Below are positions 57,025 through 64,000 of a stretch of 64,000 bases of DNA, one piece after another. The stretch is from an uncultured Christensenellaceae bacterium. Its GTDB lineage: Bacteria > Bacillota > Clostridia > Christensenellales > UBA3700. Where the stretch lies: contig OZ006985.1 of the NCBI GenBank assembly GCA_963931165.1, positions 1,365,643 through 1,429,642 of the forward strand, written 5' to 3'. Position 1 is the stretch's first letter. Each line of letters opens with the position of its first letter. Made by a program: the position numbers and the translations under genes. The notes beneath the pieces were generated by a model. That model worked only from the letters and a program-made list of their open reading frames with translations. It did no database searches and was not told the DNA's origin.

Positions 57025-57094
57025 GCGTTTATCCAACTGCCTTGCGAGAGGATCATTGCATACTTCCATAGTTCTTGCAAGTCTTTGTTTTGAA
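57025..57094 (-). repeat. third copy of the rnpB promoter/5'-leader module (degenerate -10)
   Basis: 57094-57062 repeats 56675-56643 (includes -35 TTGCAA at 57080-57075). The -10 is AATGAT (57057-57052), followed by 6 nt and GCAAGGCAGTTGGATAAACGC (57045-57025). The sequence then becomes unrelated. Confidence 0.6.
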
Positions 57095-57128
57095 TGTAGT
57101 GCTTGCGTTTTTACCTCGGCTTATTTTC

Positions 57129-57157
57129 TTGCAAAAAAAATGATTTTCTTATATAAT
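57129..57157 (+). promoter_or_regulatory. sigma-A promoter giving a leaderless ruvX transcript
   Basis: -35 TTGCAA (57129-57134), 17 nt, -10 TATAAT (57152-57157), 7 nt (AAAAAAT), ATG 57165. No SD. Confidence 0.55.
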
Positions 57158-57164
57158 AAAAAAT

Positions 57165-57599
57165 ATGAGACATTTGGGTATAGATCTCGGAGAGGCTCGG
57201 ATAGGCATTGCGACGTGCGGGGAGAGCGAGATGTTCGCTTCGCCGCAGGAGACTTACAAATGCCGCGGACGCGCCGCCGATCTTGCGTACATCGCCGACT
57301 ATTGTCGGATGACGGGCGCAGGCAGGGTGGTGATAGGTTTGCCTCTCAACATGGACGGCTCGACGGGTCCGAGGGCGCAAAAGGTAATGGACTTCGGCGC
57401 TGAGCTCGCGGCAATGGTCGACGCAGAGGTCGTCTATCAGGACGAGAGACTGACCACCGTGACCGGCGAGAACATGTTGATCGAGGCGGGCGTGAGGCGC
57501 GAAAAGCGCAAGCAGGTGATCGACAAGATCGCCGCGGCGATCATTCTCGAGACCTATCTCGACTCAAAACATAAAAGCGAAAACAGACAACAATCATAA
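57165..57599 (+). CDS. ruvX: Holliday junction resolvase-like / pre-16S rRNA nuclease RuvX (YqgF)
   Basis: MRHLGIDLGEARIGIA, GLPLNMDGS, ERLTT, AAAIILE. Confidence 0.92.
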   Translation: MRHLGIDLGEARIGIATCGESEMFASPQETYKCRGRAADLAYIADYCRMTGAGRVVIGLPLNMDGSTGPRAQKVMDFGAELAAMVDAEVVYQDERLTTVTGENMLIEAGVRREKRKQVIDKIAAAIILETYLDSKHKSENRQQS

Positions 57600-57609
57600 A
57601 GGAGCAAAC

Positions 57610-58038
57610 ATGAAAGACGAAGAAAAGAAGATGAAGGACGAAGAGTCCTGCGCGTGCGGTCATCATCATGACGGCGAGTGCGATTGCGGATGCGACCACG
57701 GCGACGAGGTCAACATTTTGACCTTGACCGACGAAGACGGCAACAGCCGCGACTACTACGAGCTCGAAGTGCTCGAAATGGACGGCGCCGAATATACGGT
57801 CATGCAGCCCGTCGAGCTTGACGAGGACATGAGCGAAGACGAGGTCTTGATCTATCGCAACGTCTATGACGAGGACGGCGAGTTTGTCAGCTACGATCCC
57901 GAGATCGACGAAGCTGTCGCGGACAAGATCATCGACGAGATCAACAAAATGATCGAAGAGGAATCGCTGATCGGCGACGATGATGACGACTACGGCGATC
58001 CCGACGACGGCGACTGCGGCTGCGGCAACGACAGATGA
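57610..58038 (+). CDS. DUF1292 family protein with Cys/His-rich termini
   Basis: Core ILTLTDEDGNSRDYYELEVLEMDGAEYTVMQPV; canonical position after ruvX. N-terminal CACGHHHDGECDCGCDHGDE and C-terminal DCGCGNDR. Confidence 0.75.
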   Translation: MKDEEKKMKDEESCACGHHHDGECDCGCDHGDEVNILTLTDEDGNSRDYYELEVLEMDGAEYTVMQPVELDEDMSEDEVLIYRNVYDEDGEFVSYDPEIDEAVADKIIDEINKMIEEESLIGDDDDDYGDPDDGDCGCGNDR

Positions 58039-58071
58039 TCGAAAAAACGCGGCAAAAGTACGCAAAAACGT

Positions 58072-58101
58072 TTGCGTACATTGACTTTGCTGTGCTATAA
58101 T
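58072..58101 (+). promoter_or_regulatory. extended -10 promoter upstream of rpsB-tsf
   Basis: -35 TTGCGT (58072-58077), 18 nt, TGcTATAAT (58093-58101). About 85 nt of leader before AAGGAGA and ATG 58191. Confidence 0.5.
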
Positions 58102-58190
58102 CATTCAGGCAAAAAATAAACACTCGGGTCAGTCAGGGGCTGCCAGCTCTAAGAGCCGCTCCAAGCGAAAACCCGGGAAAAGGAGAAAAA

Positions 58191-58985
58191 ATGGCAGTAG
58201 TATCAATGAAGAGCCTGCTCGAAGCAGGCGTGCACTTCGGTCACCAGACCAAGAAGTGGAACCCCAAGATGTCCAAGTACATCTATTCTTCCCGCAACGA
58301 GATTCACATCATCGATCTTCAGATCTCGGTCGAGCATGTCGAGAAGGCTTACGCCTTTGTCAGAGACATGGCGAAGCAGGGCAAGACCGTGCTGTTTGTC
58401 GGCACCAAGAAGCAGGCGCAAGACGCGATCAAAGAAGAGGCTGAGCGCTGCGGCATGTACTACATCAACAAGAGATGGCTGGGCGGCACGTTGACCAACT
58501 TCAACACCATCCGCACCCGCATCGACAGACTCAACAAGATCAATCAAATGGAGATGATCGGCGAGTTCGACCTTCTGCCCAAGAAGGAAGTCGCTCTGCT
58601 CAAAAAGGAGAGGGACAAGCTCGAGAACAACCTCGGCGGCATCAAGAACATGACTTCGCTTCCGGGCGTGATGTTCGTCGTCGACATCAAGGCTGAAGAG
58701 ATCGCGGTCAAAGAAGCTCGCAAGCTGGGCATCCCCATCGTCGGTCTCGTCGACACCAATTGCGATCCCGACCTTGTCGACTATGTCATCCCCGGCAACG
58801 ACGACGCGATCAGAGCGATCAAGTTGATCGCCGGCATCATGGCAAACGCGGTCATCGAGGCAAACGAGGGCATCGCCTATTCGATCGACGAAGAAGAGAA
58901 GACCGAAGATGAGGCTCCCGCAGAGGAGAGCGCTCCCGCGGCGGAAGAAGTCGTCGCCGAAGAAGTCGAGGAGATCAAGGAGTAA
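58191..58985 (+). CDS. rpsB: 30S ribosomal protein S2
   Basis: [32 protein letters not shown], with an acidic C-terminal tail. Confidence 0.97.
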   Translation: MAVVSMKSLLEAGVHFGHQTKKWNPKMSKYIYSSRNEIHIIDLQISVEHVEKAYAFVRDMAKQGKTVLFVGTKKQAQDAIKEEAERCGMYYINKRWLGGTLTNFNTIRTRIDRLNKINQMEMIGEFDLLPKKEVALLKKERDKLENNLGGIKNMTSLPGVMFVVDIKAEEIAVKEARKLGIPIVGLVDTNCDPDLVDYVIPGNDDAIRAIKLIAGIMANAVIEANEGIAYSIDEEEKTEDEAPAEESAPAAEEVVAEEVEEIKE

Positions 58986-58987
58986 TT

Positions 58988-59869
58988 ATGAACTTCACCA
59001 ACAAGGATATTATGGATCTGCGCGCCAAGACCGGCGTGGGTATGATGGACTGCAAAAAGGCTTTGATCGAAGCCGACGGCGATATGGACAAAGCGGTTGA
59101 CATTCTCCGCGAAAAGGGCATGGCTACCAGCGCGAAGAGAGCGGGCAAGATCGCCTCTCAAGGCATCGTCGACGCCTACGGCAAGGACGGCGTTTACGCG
59201 CTCGTCGAGGTCAATTGCGAGTCCGACTTTGTCGCAAAAGGAGATCAATTCAAGGCGTTCGTCCGCGAGATCGCTCAGTACATCGTCGACGCGGCTCCGG
59301 CAAGCGTCGAGGACGTTGCGGCGGCAAAGGCGGATCTGCTCAACGAGACCGTCGCCAAGATCGGCGAAAAGATCGTCGTCAGAAGGTTTGAAAGATATGT
59401 TGCGGCGGACGGCGCGGCTGTCAGCAGCTACATCCACATGGGCGGCAAGATCGGCGTCATGGTCGAGACTGTCGGCGCTTCCGACGAGGTCGCTCACGAC
59501 ATCGCTTTGCAGATCGCTGCGGCAAATCCCGACTATGTCACGATCGCCGAAGTTCCGGCAGACAGGGTCGAAAAGGAGAAAGAGATCCTCAAAGTGCAGG
59601 CTCTCAACGAGGACAAGCCCAAGCCGATGAACATCATCGAGAAGATGATCGAGGGCAGGATCCACAAGTTCTACAAGGAGGTCTGCCTGCTCGAACAGCC
59701 GTTCGTCAAGGATCAGGACAAGTCCGTCGGCGCCTATCTCAAGGCAAACGGCGGCGCCAAGGTCAACCGTTTCGTCCGCTTCACGATGGGCGAAGGCTTG
59801 GAGAAGAAAGAAGAGAACCTCGCAAACGAGGTCGAGGAACAGATCGCCAAAGCAAAGGCGGGCAAGTGA
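58988..59869 (+). CDS. tsf: translation elongation factor Ts
   Basis: IMDLRAKTGVGMMDCKKAL, VEVNCESDFVAK. Confidence 0.97.
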   Translation: MNFTNKDIMDLRAKTGVGMMDCKKALIEADGDMDKAVDILREKGMATSAKRAGKIASQGIVDAYGKDGVYALVEVNCESDFVAKGDQFKAFVREIAQYIVDAAPASVEDVAAAKADLLNETVAKIGEKIVVRRFERYVAADGAAVSSYIHMGGKIGVMVETVGASDEVAHDIALQIAAANPDYVTIAEVPADRVEKEKEILKVQALNEDKPKPMNIIEKMIEGRIHKFYKEVCLLEQPFVKDQDKSVGAYLKANGGAKVNRFVRFTMGEGLEKKEENLANEVEEQIAKAKAGK

Positions 59870-59875
59870 GCTTGC

Positions 59876-59899
59876 GGGGGACTTCGGTCCCCCTTTTTT
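59876..59899 (+). terminator. terminator after tsf
   Basis: GGGGGAC-TTCG-GTCCCCC followed by T6. Confidence 0.85.
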
Positions 59900-59914
59900 C
59901 AACAAAAAATATAG

Positions 59915-60643
<729 letters not shown>

Positions 60644-60649
60644 GAGACG

Positions 60650-60677
60650 GGCGGCGCGGTTGCGCCGCCTATTTTTT
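60650..60677 (+). terminator. terminator after pyrH
   Basis: GGCGGCGC-GGTT-GCGCCGCC followed by TATTTTTT. Confidence 0.85.
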
Positions 60678-60688
60678 GCGCAAAAGCA

Positions 60689-60717
60689 TTGTAAAATGCG
60701 CGTATATTTGATATAAT
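60689..60717 (+). promoter_or_regulatory. sigma-A promoter upstream of frr
   Basis: -35 TTGTAA (60689-60694), 17 nt, -10 TATAAT (60712-60717). Confidence 0.6.
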
Positions 60718-60744
60718 GCAATCAGCAACATTGCGAGGTAAACT

Positions 60745-61323
60745 ATGATCAACACCGAAAACATCGATGTTCTGGAACTCTTCGACGAGTTCGAAACCAA
60801 GCTCGAACACGGCGTTCAAAGCCTTCAAGGCGAATTTGCCAAGCTCAAAGCGGGCAGGGCGAATCCGCACATTCTCGACAAGATCACCGTCGACTACTAC
60901 GGCACTCCGACCCCGATCAAGCAGGTCGGCAACATCAGCGTGCCCGAGGCGAGGCTTCTCGTCATCAGCGTTTGGGACACGAGCATTCTCAAAAACGTCG
61001 AGAAGGCGATCATTGCCGCCAACATCGGCATCACCCCGGGCAACGACGGCAAGGTCATACGTCTCGTCTTTCCCGAATTGACGCAGGAGACGCGCAAGAG
61101 CCTGTGCAAGGAGATCAAGGCTTTGAGCGAGAGCGTCAAAGTGTCGCTTCGCAACGCGCGCCGCGACGCCAACGACGCGATCAAGAAACTCAAAAAGGAC
61201 AGCGCGATCACCGAAGACGACGCGGCGGCTTACGAGAAAGAGGTCGACAAGATCCTCTCCGCCAAGATCGCCGAGATCGACGCGATGACCAAGAACAAAG
61301 AAGACGAGGTAATGACCGTTTGA
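60745..61323 (+). CDS. frr: ribosome recycling factor
   Basis: LKAGRANPHILDKITVDYYGTPTPIKQ, LRNARRDAND. Confidence 0.96.
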   Translation: MINTENIDVLELFDEFETKLEHGVQSLQGEFAKLKAGRANPHILDKITVDYYGTPTPIKQVGNISVPEARLLVISVWDTSILKNVEKAIIAANIGITPGNDGKVIRLVFPELTQETRKSLCKEIKALSESVKVSLRNARRDANDAIKKLKKDSAITEDDAAAYEKEVDKILSAKIAEIDAMTKNKEDEVMTV

Positions 61324-62021
61324 CAGACAAAGTCACGCCGCGCCACATCGCGTTCATCATGGACGGCAACGGCAGGTGGGCAAAAAAGCGTCTTCTGCCG
61401 CGCAAGGCAGGGCACAGACAGGGCGTTAAGGCGCTCGAAAAGGTCGTCGACGCGTGCGAAAAGCGCGGCGTCGAGATGGTCACGTTTTATGCGTTTTCGA
61501 CCGAGAATTGGGCGCGTCCTCAAGATGAGATCGACGCGCTCTTCGCGATGGTCGCCGAGTTTGCCGACACCCGCCTCAAAGAGTATGTCCAAAGGGGTCT
61601 GCGCATTTTGTTCATCGGCGATCTGACGCCGCTGCCGCAAAAGACTCGGGACGCGTGCACCCGCATCGTCGAGGCGGCGAAGGGCAACAAGGGGATGATC
61701 GTCTGCATCGCGCTCAATTACGGCGGCAGGGACGAGATCGTCCGTGCAGTCAGGACGCTGTTGCAGTCGGGACTGAAAGACGTCGACGTCGAAACGCTTT
61801 CCGACTGCATGTACACCGGCGGCTTGCCCGATCCCGACGTCATCGTCCGTTCGAGCGGCGAGAAGAGATTGAGCAATTTTATGCTGTGGCAGGCGGCATA
61901 TTCCGAATTTGTGTTCAGGGACGAGCTTTGGCCCGACTTTGACGAAAAGATCATTGACGCGGTGCTCGAAGAGTACGCTTCGCGCGACCGCAGATACGGC
62001 AGTGTAAAGAGGTTGAACTGA
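61320..62021 (+). CDS. uppS: isoprenyl transferase (undecaprenyl diphosphate synthase)
   Basis: TTG start overlapping the frr stop (TTGA). HIAFIMDGNGRWA, FSTENWARP, RSSGEKRLSNFMLWQ. Confidence 0.9.
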   Translation: MTDKVTPRHIAFIMDGNGRWAKKRLLPRKAGHRQGVKALEKVVDACEKRGVEMVTFYAFSTENWARPQDEIDALFAMVAEFADTRLKEYVQRGLRILFIGDLTPLPQKTRDACTRIVEAAKGNKGMIVCIALNYGGRDEIVRAVRTLLQSGLKDVDVETLSDCMYTGGLPDPDVIVRSSGEKRLSNFMLWQAAYSEFVFRDELWPDFDEKIIDAVLEEYASRDRRYGSVKRLN

Positions 62022-62869
62022 TGTTGAAGAGGATCTTGACTGCGGCTGTTTTGATACTTGTGCTCGTCGGGACGTTTGCCGCCGGCTTGTTTGTGTCGCC
62101 GTACTTCATCGACGCGGTCGTATGGCTGTGCTCGCTCGTCGCTCTGCACGAAATGCACGGCGCTCTCAAAAAAGCGGGTTACGACCCGATCGTACCCGGG
62201 CTTGTCGTCGCGGGCGTCACGACCGTACCGCTGGCGGCTTGGCTGGGCGCGCCGGGTGCGATAGCCGGCGTCTCGCTCGGCATGATTGCCGCGCTCGCGG
62301 TGTTTACGGCAAAGCATAATTACGAACTCAAAGATCTTGCGACGACCGCGCTCGCACTGATCTATCCGCTCGCGTTGACGAGCATTTTCTCATTGATCAA
62401 TCACGGGTACGGCGGCTTTCTCGGCTTGTTGCTCGCGATCGTCGTGCCGGTGATGACGGACACGATGGCATATTTTGTCGGCGTGACAGTCGGAGGCAAA
62501 AAACTTTGCCCCAACATCAGTCCCAAAAAGACTATCTCGGGCGCGATCGGCGGCATTATCGGCGGCGTTTTGGGCGCGTTTTTGATCTTTGTCCTTTTCG
62601 ACTGGACGAACGCGATCTCCGAAAGGCATTACCTTACGGACGACCTTTGGGTGTCGCTTGCGCTCTATCTCGTGATAGGCTATCTCGGCGCGTTTGTCTG
62701 CGAGGTCGGCGACCTTGCGGCAAGCTGGATCAAGCGCAAGGCGGGCATCAAGGACTTCGGCAAGATCTTTCCCGGGCACGGCGGACTCATGGACAGGCTG
62801 GACAGCATAATGTTCATGCTGCCGATCGTCTATCTGCTGTTCGCGTGCGTCAACGCGGTATCGGCGTGA
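62021..62869 (+). CDS. cdsA: phosphatidate cytidylyltransferase
   Basis: Multi-TM; SPKKTISGAIGG, IFPGHGGLMDRLDS. Confidence 0.92.
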   Translation: MLKRILTAAVLILVLVGTFAAGLFVSPYFIDAVVWLCSLVALHEMHGALKKAGYDPIVPGLVVAGVTTVPLAAWLGAPGAIAGVSLGMIAALAVFTAKHNYELKDLATTALALIYPLALTSIFSLINHGYGGFLGLLLAIVVPVMTDTMAYFVGVTVGGKKLCPNISPKKTISGAIGGIIGGVLGAFLIFVLFDWTNAISERHYLTDDLWVSLALYLVIGYLGAFVCEVGDLAASWIKRKAGIKDFGKIFPGHGGLMDRLDSIMFMLPIVYLLFACVNAVSA

Positions 62870-62876
62870 AGCGGTC

Positions 62877-64000
62877 ATGAAGTCGCTGACGATACTCGGT
62901 TCTACCGGCTCGATAGGCACTCAGGCGCTCGACATCGTCCGCGCCTATCCTCACGAATTTGAGGTGTACGGGCTGTGCTGCGGCGGCAACGTCGAATTGC
63001 TCGAAAGGCAGATCGTCGAGTTCAAACCCAAGGTCGTCGCTGTCAAAGACGAAGAGGCGGCGAGGCGGCTCGACGCGCACGGCGCCGAGGTGCTTTGCGG
63101 CAGTGACGCAGCGCGGCTGCTTGCGGCGCGCAAGGTCGACCTTTTGCTCAACGCGTTGGTCGGGATCAGCGGCTTTTTGCCGACGGTCGCGGCGATCGAG
63201 GCGGGCAGCGGGATCGCTCTCGCAAACAAGGAGACTTTGGTCGCGGGCGGCGACGTCATAGACGACCTCTGCAAAAAACGCGGCACGCGCATCTTGCCCG
63301 TGGACAGCGAACACAGCGCGATCTGGCAATGTCTGGACAGACGCGCCGAGGACGCGCCTAAATGCGAATCGCTGATCTTGACCGCTTCGGGCGGACCTTT
63401 CCGCGGCAAAAAGGCGGAAGAGATCGCCGGCGCGACCCTTGCCGACGCGATCAAGCATCCGACTTGGAACATGGGCATCAAGGTGACCGTCGACAGCGCG
63501 AGCATGATGAACAAGGGCTTTGAGATCATCGAGGCGATGCATCTTTTCGGCGTGCCGGCGGACAGGATCGAGGTCGTCGTGCACAGGCAGAGCGTCGTGC
63601 ATTCGATGGTGCGCTTTGCCGACGGCAGCGTGATCGCCCAGATGAGCTATCCCGACATGAAGCTGCCGATATCGCTCGCTTTGCTCTATCCCGAAAGGGG
63701 GAGCGCATGTTTTTCGCCGCTGTCGTTCGACGGGCTTTCGCTCGACTTTGAAAAGCCCGATCTCGACACCTTCAAATGTCTCAAACTCGCTACGCAATGC
63801 GCGGCGATAGGCGGGCTCTATCCGACCGCGCTCAACGCCGCAAACGAAATCGCTGTCGACAAGTTTGTCAAGGGCATTATAAAATTCGGCGAGATACCGT
63901 ATTATATCAATGAGGCTCTTCAAGCGTTCGTGCCGCAGGGCGACAGCCGCAATGCGGAAGACGTGCTAGCGGCGGACGCGCGGGTGAGGGAGCTGACTCA
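62877..64000 (+). CDS. dxr: 1-deoxy-D-xylulose 5-phosphate reductoisomerase (3' end outside window)
   Basis: Not in the ORF track because no stop falls in the window. My own translation from ATG 62877 gives MKSLTILGSTGSIGTQALDIV, LANKETLV, PVDSEHSAIWQCL, NKG.EIIEA. Confidence 0.9.
   Translation, partial: MKSLTILGSTGSIGTQALDIVRAYPHEFEVYGLCCGGNVELLERQIVEFKPKVVAVKDEEAARRLDAHGAEVLCGSDAARLLAARKVDLLLNALVGISGFLPTVAAIEAGSGIALANKETLVAGGDVIDDLCKKRGTRILPVDSEHSAIWQCLDRRAEDAPKCESLILTASGGPFRGKKAEEIAGATLADAIKHPTWNMGIKVTVDSASMMNKGFEIIEAMHLFGVPADRIEVVVHRQSVVHSMVRFADGSVIAQMSYPDMKLPISLALLYPERGSACFSPLSFDGLSLDFEKPDLDTFKCLKLATQCAAIGGLYPTALNAANEIAVDKFVKGIIKFGEIPYYINEALQAFVPQGDSRNAEDVLAADARVRELT

Noticed and set aside
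58102-58190. The rpsB 5' leader as an S2-binding autoregulatory structure.
   Set aside because: Only short, ambiguous pairings (CGGGT/ACCCG) could be drawn by eye. I cannot match it to the known rpsB leader motif without a covariance-model search.

Overview
GC-rich chromosomal core region, most likely from an endospore-forming Firmicute (Clostridia-like). The evidence is an intact spoIIGA-sigE pair, pro-sigma-K, ytfJ/gerW, ylmC/ymxH and a DacB-type carboxypeptidase. Gene order: pncB (5' truncated), an NYN-domain gene, a DivIVA-domain gene, two tandem DUF1292 genes, groES-groEL with a CIRCE-like operator, and a ComEB-type dCMP deaminase followed closely by a 1877-aa Upf1-like SF1 helicase/nuclease-fold giant. 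Then an M50 protease, scpA-scpB, ytfJ-dacB-rluB, a GH16 lipoprotein and a 2453-aa cyclic beta-1,2-glucan-synthase-like giant. Then a dcw cluster (mraZ-rsmH-ftsL-like-PBP-murE-mraY-murD-ftsW/spoVE-murA-ftsQ-ftsA-ftsZ-spoIIGA-sigE), surE, cmk-plsC-ispH::S1, a six-tRNA operon, a zinc-ribbon/DUF898 membrane protein, ylmC, sigK, rnpB, ruvX-DUF1292 and rpsB-tsf-pyrH-frr-uppS-cdsA-dxr (3' truncated). I saw no CRISPR array, transposase, integrase or obvious prophage. The most interesting signals are mostly non-coding. (1) rnpB is preceded by two extra promoter-plus-5'-RNase-P modules, one carrying a 58-nt identical copy of the P4/P5 region and a recoded P3 hairpin. (2) Two ~100-nt elements in the DUF1292/groEL gap share conserved loops but have covarying stems. 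(3) A perfect 34-bp inverted repeat swallows the 3' end of tRNA-Tyr. (4) Four genes carry consensus sigma-A promoters 6-7 nt from the ATG with no SD, so they are leaderless candidates. (5) The deaminase and giant helicase-nuclease pair, and the GH16 plus Cgs-like pair, are the only accessory-looking coding modules. All calls come from reading the sequence and ORF translations; no database search was run.
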